Origin: Octopus sinensis
Taxonomy: Eukaryota
Direction: 5' to 3'
Assembly: GCF_006345805.1 (NCBI RefSeq)
Contig: NC_043001.1
Span: 114,204,001-114,268,000 of the forward strand
DNA length: 64,000 nucleotides
Numbering within the stretch: position 1 is the first letter of the stretch; every line of letters starts with the position of its first letter. The notes beneath the pieces are model-generated. The model searched no databases. It was not told where the DNA came from and saw nothing but the letters and a program-made list of their open reading frames with translations. Both the position numbers and the translations under genes were made by a program. Shown piece after piece: positions 53,441 through 64,000 of the stretch.

Positions 53441-54309
53441 TATTATTATTATATTATATTATTATTATTCTTTTTTCTTTTCTTCTTCGTCATCTTCTTT
53501 TCTTTCTTCTTCTTCTTCTTCTCCTTCTTCTTCTCTTCTTCTTCTTCTTCTTCTTCTTCTTCTTCTTCTCCTTCTGTTTTTCATCTTCCATTATTAGTAT
53601 TATTTGTGTCTGTGTAGCCATATCTAATTCTTTAAAGTAGAAAGGAATATTATTATTATTATTATTATTATTGAGTGAGAGAGCAGTGCTGCCATCAAGT
53701 GACACTGGGGTTAAATATACGAAGCCCAGTATACCATCATGATACCCGTCTGATAAGGGTACACTAGGCACATGCATCACAACCATATGTGCGCGACATG
53801 TGATCTCATATCAAGATAAACAGCACATGACCTTGCAGGTGGGGCCCAGTTAGAATTTTGTTCTGGTCGAGTAGCCCATCCCGCTCAAAAGGTCCCTGAA
53901 TAAGGGTTCTTTAAGGATGTTGAATGAAACACCCCTGTTTCCAAAGGTGAATTATTCAAACCCCAAAGAATCCCTCTCAACACATGTCAATGATGCTCCC
54001 CCACTACTTCTGCTCGTGATCAGAGGTGCACATATCGTCAGCCACTAAGGGGCATACTAAACTGGTTAAGATCAAACAACTGACAATCGAATCTATGGTA
54101 TTGAGCAGAATATTTGCTGTAGCCCATCTTTTATACCAAGACAAAACAATGTACATGATAACACTTTCAATCAGTTAAGATCAGAAGCCATGAGAGCCAC
54201 TGCCTGGTACTGCATCAGGGCATTGCTCCCCCACTACTTCTGCTCGTGATTAGAGGTGCACATATCGTCAGCCACTAAGGGACATGCTCAATTATTATTA
54301 TAATTATTA

Positions 54310-54377
<68 letters not shown>

Positions 54378-54378
<1 letters not shown>

Positions 54379-54726
54379 TATGTTTGACTTTGCTTTATAT
54401 TTGTACAAGTTGGCTCCAAGTCTCACCCAGAGACCTCAAGAGACAACAGGGTTGGAAGTTCATGTTGTTGTTATGCCTAGTGTGCCATATGTGGGGGGTG
54501 GGGATGTTGTACTAATGAATGTCTAAAAAAAAAAAGTTTTTGCGTTTTTTTTTTTTTTTTTAAACCGAAAATTATGGTTGTTTTAAACCTTGAGGTTACA
54601 TAGAGAGTATTTTGCGTAGGATATGAGCAGTTCCCATGAGCACTATCTTTTGAACTTCTGCCATTTTTGGGTTTCCTGGTATCTGAGTTAGGTAGCTATC
54701 AGCCCCTTTTGCTATCATTCCCAGGG

Positions 54727-54729
<3 letters not shown>
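54378..54729 (-). mobile_element. R4/Dong-type LINE 3' fragment (C-terminus plus 3'UTR) inserted in (AAT)n
   Basis: ALGMIAKGADSYLTQIPGNPKMAEVQKIVLMGTAHILRKILSM* resembles the restriction-like-endonuclease LINE C-terminus (GALG...QK..LLGTA.ILRK.L); AAT runs on both sides. Confidence 0.75.
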
Positions 54730-54763
<34 letters not shown>

Positions 54764-54811
54764 ATCATTATTATTATTTTTATTATTATCATTATTATTA
54801 TTATTATTATT

Positions 54812-55205
54812 TTTATTGTTGCTTTTACACAGCTTCAAACGCTGGACATGTACTACAGCGTCAGCTGTTCACTACCACTCAACTAAGGTAAGACTTATTT
54901 TTCTAGCAAATTCCTGAGTATTCGAGTATTATTAATATCATTATTATTATTTTTATTATTATCATTATTATTATTATTATTATTTTTATTGTTGCTTTTA
55001 CACAGCTTCAAACGCTGGACATGTACTACAGCGTCAGCTGTTCACTACCACTCAACTAAGGTAAGACTTATTTTTCTAGCAAATTCCTGAGTATTCGAGC
55101 GGTTTGAAGCAGTGCTACTTTCTGCAAGTTCTTTACCAGTATAGCAGCCCCTATTTATTCCACGTACTTCTCGAGATCTTTGCTCACTGTTCTCAGAGCT
55201 CATCT
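54812..55205 (-). mobile_element. Second, distinct R4/Dong-type 3' fragment with its 3' end tandemly duplicated (~168 bp)
   Basis: ALRTVSKDLEKYVE*IGAAILVKNLQKVALLQTARILRNLLEK* (stop at 55068-55070), different 3'UTR ending in (AAT)n. Confidence 0.7.
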
Positions 55206-55699
55206 GCCTGAATATATGTGCTCTTTGTCTCTCCCAAATAAACGCACCATTTTTTATGCTAATATTTATGGATTATACATAAAAACTTCCCACACATTTG
55301 TCGCTGCAGCGCTGATGAGTGTATGAAAGATATGATAATATAATCAGTGCATTTCTCAAGTTCGGAGGAACATAAAATAAATACTGAAAACATGATAATA
55401 TTACTTCGTTTAACTCTTTAATCCTATGATATTCCTGCTATATCACTCCTGAGTATAATCCCTGAGTATCAATGATATAAAGTATATTGAAAACTTTAAA
55501 ACAGATTTTATTACAAGTGTTTATTCATAATGAAAACTATGTTTATGTTGTTATGTTAAATTACGTTATGAAAACATACAGGGTAGATACAGGGGGGAAG
55601 TAATGTACACACACCCAGACACATACGCACGCACTCCCACACACATGCACACAAACACATTTGTATATATACAAGCTATTAGTTTCAGGAAATGCAAAA

Positions 55700-56709
55700 T
55701 ATAAATATCCACACTACCACACTTGAAACGTACCTCATTATCTCGATTTGAATATATGTGAGGATATTTAGAATGCCCAAGCTTATTTCTGCAAATCTAC
55801 TAAGTAAGCACTGATCATAGTTTAATCAATAAGTGTAGGATCGAGCTAAATGCAGTGGAGTTAGTGGGGCCCCATTTAAGCGACCCTTCAGAAATTGTAC
55901 CTCCTTACGATACTCCCTGGGAGCTCATAGTATGAAATTCATTGTCATTACTCCAATTTGGGTGCCAATACTATGTATTTATTTTAAAATGCAGTCAAAA
56001 TAGAGGGGCAGTGGAGCCCCAATTACACTCTTCATATTGGGGGCCCCAATTATACTCTTTATATTGGGGCAGCAGCTATGTGATATTTCACAGAATGCCT
56101 ATTAAATATTTTCCTGTATCTGTGAATGGTTGGAAAGTGTTTGTCTAGGAGAGACAGAAATATTTTACCAATGTTAGTTTTATAGTAAGGAAAAAAGTGA
56201 GAGACGAACCAAATAATTTTCTTTGGCATATTTTTAGGTTTCTTATTATCCTGATTAACAGTAGAGCGGTTATGTACTACTTTATCTTTGATACCACTAG
56301 ATATATCATTAATATTTTAATTATTATTATTAGAGGGATTATATCTCAATTGATCTTTGAAGCCACTATTGGCTAGGGCCTTGTTATAACAGGGGGAAAC
56401 TTTCTCGAAAATTTCTTTGGAAGAAGAGAAGTTAGACACACTGTTACTAATATTAGCTATCAGGTTTTTAAATATTACAAAAGGGTGACAAGACTGTTTA
56501 TGTATATATACGAGTTTATCATTAGGCGTATGGAAAGGTTTATACGAGGAGTTTAAATCTAGGGAAACATCTAAATAATCAACTATAGAGAAATTAGTAG
56601 CTACTGTAACTTTAATTCCTAATTGATTAATCGTAGAAATTAGTTGCTTACTAAATCTATTAAGTGTGTGACCATCACACCTATGAGAAATACTGGTTGC
56701 TACGGTATA
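55700..56709 (-). pseudogene. Penelope-like element relic (Naiad-like): RT motifs 6-7, thumb, linker, degenerate GIY-YIG
   Basis: One frame from 56709 to ~56085 with a single TAA (56317-56319): GIKVTVATNFSIVDYLDVSLDLNSSYKPFHTPNDKLVYIHKQSCHP...KALANSGFKDQLRY...KIIWF...KTNIGKIFLSLLDKHFP...IFNRHSVK; then frameshift to SHSCCPNIKSII with an in-frame 27-bp duplication. Confidence 0.9.
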
Positions 56710-56776
56710 GATAGATGGATGGATAGATAGATAGATGTATATGAATTGTATGTATTTATGTATGCATGTATATATA

Positions 56777-56853
<77 letters not shown>

Positions 56854-57361
56854 ACATTCAAGGTATGAAGAACGTAAACAAACAAACGAAGTTTGCTTTA
56901 CAACCGTTGAGAGGTCTTAGAAAGTTAAAGAAGTGATTTTTAAATTCTCAAACGCAGGATAAGGCTAATAATATAGCCTGAACAGGATAAGCTACGCCTA
57001 TTTTGCAAAAAATGGGGTTGGCGGTCAGCCATGATATATATATATATATATATATATAGTTAATTCGAGGAAGTATAACCTCATTAGGCATTATACAATC
57101 CATGATATTCCACTGGTTAATCTATATCATATAATGCGAAAGTCACTGGTATATGTTACGGGTTATTGAAATCATATATTATCAATATTGAAGGAAATGA
57201 AAACAGAGGAATATGGATGTATGAATAATTTATTAATTATTCATACATCCGGTTATGTCTACATTTCCTTCAAAACATATATATATATATATATATACAT
57301 CATACACACGCACGCACGCACACACTCACACACGCACGCATACACTCTCTCTCACACACAC

Positions 57362-57400
<39 letters not shown>

Positions 57401-59520
57401 GTATATTGGTAGGAATAATTCTATACATTTATATAGGTTTTCTTTTTCTCATGATTAGACTAATTTTCTTGAAATTAATTTTCGGGACGTTGGGTAGTAG
57501 AAAGTTTGAACCTCGGGTTAAGGGCTTTCTTCATTTAATCGTCTTCCTTCGGAAATAGTTAAGCTCAAATTTCACAAAAGTTCACAATGCTTTTCACCCA
57601 TGGTGAGATTGTATTCCTACAATTGTTGATATGTTTACCTCTAGGTTAAACAACTTGGTGCTGAAAGTCCTTTGATCAAAGGCGTTCTAGATTTGTTCAT
57701 CTCGTTTTTTGACCCCTAATATATCTAGACTTATATTATCCAATATATCATTCGTTCTTTTTAAAAACTGTTTGCTGTAAGTCGAGGGTAATTTCACTGA
57801 TGATTCATCTAGTGGTACTCGAAAACAACGTGAAGTCTCACATCGCTGATGTATGTATACGTTTTATTGCTGCACTTTATCTCATAGACTTACTTGGTCG
57901 ACTACACCAATAATCAAATGGGTCTCAAGCGAATCCCTCACAACGATGACCAAATAAGCTCAATACCTGCTCCATTGTTTTCTATAAACCACTCCCATTT
58001 TCGCTTCTTTACATATGAAACTTCACCCATTTGTAAAAAATGCTTTAGTTACATAACTAACTAATGATATAAATTTGCTTTGCAAACTCAACCAAACAGC
58101 GTCTGGAATGAAATTCATCGGTACTCTATCTCTTTACTATATTTTATGTTCTATTTTTATAATCATCTGAAGAGGGGAATGAAGAAACTCCGGCCAACAA
58201 TTACGCAATTTTTTCCATTACACTGGATTATACAATACAAAGAGAAATCAATTAACAAAAAAAATAGAAAGAACTAATTACGAATAATGTGATATTAGCA
58301 TAACGCTTAGTATGATTACTTGAAATTAATATTGATTACATTGACATTTCGGAATTTAGTTCATTCTCAAAAGCAGAAACAGATTATGTAAAGGAGAGAG
58401 AGAAAGAGAGAAAGAAGAGACAGACAGACAGACAGCGACAGAGATACATACAGAGAAAGAGAGAGATGCTGAGAGGGAAGGAGAAGGAGATAGATAGATA
58501 GATTGATTGATAGAGAGAGAGAGAGAGAGAAAGAGAGAGATGGAGGAAGAAGACAATGTGCTGACATAGAAATGCTTCAAATATTAATTGCGAGAAGGAC
58601 ACAGAGGGAAGATGAAATGTCAAAAGGCAAGACAAATGCTGTTCTGCGTGTGTGTATAAATGTATGCATATATAATGAGGAAGGAAGTAATAATATATAA
58701 AGGAGGGGTCACTGGGAGCCTTATGTGTAATTATTTGCTTTTCGTGAACATTTTTGATATGTTCATGAAAGACAAATGACCACACCCTCCGGCTGAAACC
58801 GACAATAGAATAATGATATAAAATGTATGTTGAAAAGACTCTAGTAAGTAATTTAAAAAGCAGTTTGTAATGGTGTTCAACGAAAGCTAATAGCTAATAG
58901 CTGCCATAAACTGCGAAAACCAGCAAGTTGGCGTCTACGTGGTTGTTCAGCCTACGTGAAATAGCAGCCCAGTATCCTTCAGATTTCCTTTCGCGCAATT
59001 TAGACAGCAACTTATAAACTGAAGTGATTAGTGTGAAAAATGTCTTACCATCACTAGCGCCCCTGAGGGTAATATTCTCTGGGAACGCAAAATAACCCTT
59101 TCCAGAGTTATTTACTTTGAATTGTTATTACCTCATATCTGATTAGTCTGTTATTACGTAACATGCTTCACGATTTTAATATACATACTCATCATCGTCA
59201 TCATCATCATCATCATCATCATCGTCATCATCATGAGTATCATCATCATCATCATCATCATCATCATCTTCATCATCAGCTGCTCCAGCAACAGCAGCAG
59301 CAACAACAAAAACAGCAACAACAATAATGAACTGATTCAGTAATTTCTACGAAGTCGCCTGACTTGCTAGAAATAGCCGTCACATTTCCTTAAAATCATA
59401 CTCTGTTGTTTTATTTAAGGAGTGATATATTACGTAATGCATCAAATGATGTACAAAAGCAAGGATGGTGGAGGATGTAAATTTATTGTTTGTAATCGAT
59501 CAAAACTGACCTTGGAATAA

Positions 59521-59728
59521 TAAACACAGAGAGGACAAACAAGGACAGACAAACGGATTAAGTCAATTATATCAACCCCAGTGCGTAACTGGTACTTAAT
59601 TTATCGACCCCGAAAGGATGAAAGGCAAAGTCGACGTCGGCGCAATTTGAACTCAGAGCGTAACGACAGACGAAATACCAATAAGCATTTCGTTCGGCGT
59701 GATAACGTTTCTGCCAGCTCGCCGCCTT
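59521..59728 (-). mobile_element. SINE family B
   Basis: Head taaggcggcgagctggcagaaacgtt; matches the 29930 copy. Confidence 0.9.
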
Positions 59729-59730
59729 AG

Positions 59731-59950
59731 ACGGCAGACGAAATACCCATTTCTTTACTACCCACAAGGGACTAAACACAGGGGGGACAAACAAGTACAG
59801 ACAAACGGATTACGTCGATTACATCGACCCAGTACGTCACTGGTACTTAATTTATCGACCCCGAAAGGATGAAAGGCAAAGTCGACCTCGGCGGAATTTG
59901 AACTCAGAACGCAGCGGCGGACCAAATACCACAAAACATTTCGCCGCCTT
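59731..59950 (-). mobile_element. SINE family B, adjacent copy in the same orientation
   Basis: Central block and tail cccttgtgggtagtaaagaaat intact, head diverged. Confidence 0.85.
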
Positions 59951-60060
59951 AAACATATAGTGCAGCATCAAAAGAATGACAAATACTAATACAACCCAAT
60001 TGTACATTTTGTGGTTCATTAATAAAGGCAAAGCGACCATATTACTACTTAATAGTGAAA

Positions 60061-60300
60061 GTAAATCTTATCTTTAAACAGGGAAATCTGGTGAGACTGA
60101 ATGGGATGTCAATGTACCATGTTGTTGCTAAATGCTTTCTGTGCCAATGTAATCACAAACAGTCAAATATCTCATAATGCAGGGAAACGGTTCCATAATC
60201 AAGTACCTCCATACCTGGAGAACTACGTTGCGTAGAAAGAGTTGTATTGATTGAAAAGAAATGTCCAACCGTACTTGTTTTTGTTGACTTCAGTTTCTTC
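60061..60300 (+). pseudogene. Possible RTE-type RT relic
   Basis: VNLIFKQGNL...GMSMYHVVAKCF...PTVLVFVDFS resembles PIFKKGD...RGISL...AK...FVDFSKAFD; two stops. Confidence 0.35.
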
Positions 60301-60444
60301 AATTTTCTACTCACAAATGACCGAAGCCCAATCGCAAACCTCGAAGTCCGTATAAACCTTCTACTGGATAACACATGGTGAAATCTGAATGTGGACGAGT
60401 TTTATACTGTACTGCACTACGTTCTTAACAGAAGATACTGTAAC

Positions 60445-60475
<31 letters not shown>

Positions 60476-60519
60476 GTGTATGTGTGTGTGTGTGCGTGCG
60501 AGAGAGATAGAGGGAGAAT

Positions 60520-60720
60520 GCTTGTCTTTCGCCGTTGTTTGACAACCGATGGTGGTGTGTTTACGTCTCCGTAACTTAGAGGTTAGGCAAAAGTGACCGA
60601 TAAAATAAGAACTAGGGTTACTTATAAAGAATAAGTCCTGACGTCGACTTCTTCCACTATAACTTCTTCAGACGATGCTCCACCATGGCCGTAGTCAAAT
60701 AACTGAAACAAGTAAAAGCA
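60520..60720 (+). mobile_element. SINE family A, 3' half
   Basis: gacaaccgatggtggtgtgtttacgtctccgtaac...gtcaaataactgaaacaagtaaaag. Confidence 0.75.
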
Positions 60721-60751
60721 TATATATATACATATATTGTTTTCTTGTTTA

Positions 60752-61135
60752 TCTCTCTCTATATAAACGGCAGTTTGTCTGTGTGCGTGTCTGTGTGTCT
60801 GTTTGCTTGTACCCTCACCCTGACCACGGCTTTCAACCGATTCTGATGAAACTTGACACACACATAGCCCAATGTCATAATTCAAAACTAACGCAGCGAA
60901 AATTTTGAAAAGTTCCCCCAGTTCTGAAAAAAATCGATAAATTCGACATGGGGTCGAGAATCAAAAACCCAAACCACAGACCGTCTAGGGGACGCAACTC
61001 CACCTTTTTTAACTCTCAAAAAAATTTACCATCATTTTTTTTCCATTTTTTTGCTATTTTTTGGCTATAACTCTCTAAAAATGCTTTATAGTTATTTCCC
61101 TTACAAACCCGAGCAACGCCGGGCGATACTGCTAG
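60752..61135 (+). mobile_element. Non-autonomous Helitron (~384 bp)
   Basis: a|TCTCTCTCTATATAAACGG...CCCGAGCAACGCCGGG-CGATACTG-CTAG|t. Confidence 0.85.
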
Positions 61136-62212
61136 TATATATATATATGACTTTCCCCAGGCACAACACAATATATATATGTATGTATGTGCACGCACAC
61201 ATTCTATGTACATCAACATTACTCTTCGCATATACTTAACACTAATGTCACCACTACCATAGTTGACATTGTTGTCGTCCTCAATCTCCGTTTTCTCTCT
61301 TCTTCTTCCCTCCTCCTCCTCCTCCTCCTCATCATCATCATCATCATCGTCTTCATCATCGTCTTCATCATCGTCTTCATCATCTCATCATCGTCTTAAA
61401 AAAAATCTATAGACCCAACTATATGTAACTAGAAAGGAATACAAAATATTGTGTAACAACGAAAGTAATATTGATATAGATGACCATCGTTGATCAAAGG
61501 TATTCCAATCATAATCATCATGTATGTTAACATGCACTTAGTAGTACAATACTTATTCTAAATTACAATTTTTAAAACACATATACGTACTTTGTGGCAC
61601 ATTTGGCTGTTATGTAAAGAAGGGTGATGCACATAGAGCCAATATCCTCCAATGCTTTGGTAGGTTTGTTTACTTATAAATTTGTAAGGTTCTTCAGCAA
61701 TTTGCGTATCAGAATGTATGATTTTGCATTACTGAACGTGTCCGTATGTGCATATACGTATGTTAGAGTGCATTTGTGTTTGAATGCCAAAATACACATA
61801 TAAACGTGGGCTTGTGTATCTGTGTATAACACTGCACAAAGGTGCCTCTGAGTCACTATGTGTAAACTATGGCGTATATATGTGTGTCTGTATATATATA
61901 TATGTATGTATATACATATATATACATACCTATATATATTGTTGAGCATTGAGCGTTGGCATGCGTGATGTATGAGGGGATCTGTGCTCTCTGAGGTGTA
62001 TTAATAGGTGTCAAAGAGATAAGGAAGGACATCACAGATCTATACTCGTTAATACGCGAATTAACTAGTGACATAGGAAACCCGCATTAACGTCTCTTGC
62101 CAAGAAGTAATCAATCAGATGTCATATCCATCAATAAAGAAGTACAAAAATAAATATGTGTGCCTGTCGATATATGTGTGTGCGCACACATATATATCAG
62201 AATGTATGTATG

Positions 62213-62244
<32 letters not shown>

Positions 62245-62279
62245 CTATATGTATGTATATATATATACATATACTATAT

Positions 62280-63025
62280 ATATACATATATATATATATG
62301 TATATATATAATATATATATCATATATATATGTATGTATTTATATATGTATATATATGTATTCATATATAAATGTCTATAAACATATATACATGTATGCA
62401 TGTACGGTATGTGTGTGCGTATGCATGCCTGTGAAGTATGTATATGTTTATGTGTATATATATATATGTTTGTATCGTTACGATGATAAGTATGCATATG
62501 TTGTGAGTATATGTACGTGTGTTTCTATAAAAAATATATATAAATGCATGTATGTATACACAGACACACACGTACATACACGCTAGCACATACACACACG
62601 TATATATATATAATACATATATATATATATATGTATATATATAATATATATATCATATATATATGTATGTATTTATATATGTTATATATGTATTCATATA
62701 TAAATGTCTATAAACATATATACATGTATGCATGTACGGTATGTGTGTGCGTATGCATGCCTGTGAAGTATGTATATGTTTATGTGTATATATATATATG
62801 TTTGTATCGTTACGATGATAAGTATGCATATGTTGTGAGTATATGTACGTGTGTTTCTATAAAAAATATATATAATGCATGTATGTATACACAGACACAC
62901 ACGTACATACACGCTAGCACATACACACACGTATATATATATATATACATATATATATACGTGTGTGTGTGTGCTAGCGTGTATGTACGTGTGTGTCTGT
63001 GTATACATACATGCATTTATATATA
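62280..63025. repeat. ~330 bp tandem duplication followed by a ~60 bp-arm foldback
   Basis: aaatgtctataaac at ~62370 and ~62702; 62875-62935 is inverted at 62958-63020 across a TA spacer. Confidence 0.85.
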
Positions 63026-63034
63026 TTATATATA

Positions 63035-63107
<73 letters not shown>

Positions 63108-63504
63108 TATATATATATACGCACATACCTATAGACGTAGCCACAAAAGTAGATAAATAAATATAATTATAATGAAAGAAAACATAACGATGACCGCAGT
63201 GAGAATACGAAAAAAATAAATAAAAACAAAAAAGGGTAGAAAAGACAAACAAAAACATATGAAGAAAACATAAAGAAAAATACAACATTGTAAGTGCAAA
63301 ACACCATAAATAATTTATAGCTCAACCTCAAAAGATGATAATGTCGTAAAGAAAAAAAAACGAATAAGCACCGTAGAAAAGTTAATAAAAACATGAACAT
63401 ATCTTTAATTTTATCTATGGTCAATGAATTAGATATACATTTGTTATATTCCACTTTCTCTTGTTGTTTATCTTGTTCATGTTTATACTGCTGCTTCTTA
63501 TTTC

Positions 63505-63626
63505 ATCTTTTCATTATTATTATTACTATTATTATTATTATTATTATTTTCATTATTATTATTATTATTTTCATTATATTATTATTATTATTATTATTAT
63601 TGTTACTATTATTATTATTATTATTA

Positions 63627-63664
<38 letters not shown>

Positions 63665-63860
63665 GTTATATTATTATTATTACTATTATTATTGTTATTA
63701 CTATTATTATTATTATTATTATCATTATTATTATTATTATTATTATTGTTACTATTATTATTATTATTATTATTATTGTTATTATTATTATTATTATGAT
63801 TATTATTATTATTATTATCATCATTCTTATTATTGTAGTTGTTGATGTTGTTGTTATTAT
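63505..63860. repeat. (ATT)n microsatellite
   Basis: Direct reading. Confidence 0.97.
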
Positions 63861-64000
63861 TGTTATTATTATCATCATCATCGTTATGACTGTTGATATT
63901 CTTGTTGTTATTATTTAACTTTTAATCTTTGCTAACGCCAGTGAAGTCACATCAAAAGCATTTTTCACGCAATAAAATTTATGAGGAAGGGCAAAAAAAA

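Larger units (their letters stand above)
52140..54730. repeat. ~1.3 kb tandem duplication (52140-53440 and 53441-54730)
   Basis: Same order of (ATT)n, (CTT)n, repeat E and R4 fragment twice; differences are mainly 1-nt indels. Confidence 0.95.

Noticed and set aside
54832-54886. Plus-strand 55-nt exon with strong splice sites, duplicated at ~55000
   Set aside because: It is the antisense of an R4/Dong-type 3'UTR.
55306-55335. CTGATGA-gtgtat-GAAA hammerhead-like string
   Set aside because: No credible stem I, II or III.
56290-56690. Possible mitochondrial insertion (very AT-rich, codon-like)
   Set aside because: Minus strand translates to clear PLE RT motifs.

Overview
AT-rich, microsatellite-dense eukaryotic DNA with no host protein-coding gene that I can call confidently. 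The repeat repertoire (several tRNA-headed SINE families, short non-autonomous Helitrons, (AAT)n-flanked R4/Dong-type fragments) resembles what I recall of coleoid cephalopod, probably Octopus, genomes; this is recognition from memory, not a database hit. Almost all provided ORFs are microsatellite translations or antisense of repeats. The recognisable coding relics are all mobile elements: Penelope-like (PLE) RT/GIY-YIG fragments (15.3-16.4, 24.3-24.7, 55.7-56.7 kb, weaker at 37.0 and 38.6 kb), Ty3/gypsy RT relics (21.2-22.1, 35.3-35.6 kb), RTE relics (23.6, 60.1 kb), R4/Dong C-termini (53.1-55.2 kb) and a Helitron helicase C-terminus (10.9-11.1 kb). The most interesting signals are (i) minimal type-I hammerhead ribozyme motifs in short (TA)n-flanked repeats, including an intact core at 19985-20019 with a compensatory stem I change in the 12.3 kb paralogue, (ii) a ~390 bp foldback at 46667-47056 whose arms each carry a hammerhead-like motif with different core lesions, (iii) modular SINEs including a TSD-flanked chimera, and (iv) an (AAT)n landing pad stacked with three different elements. 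The 1.3 kb tandem duplication at 52.1-54.7 kb looks like an assembly artefact. A few minus-strand candidate exons are reported at low confidence.
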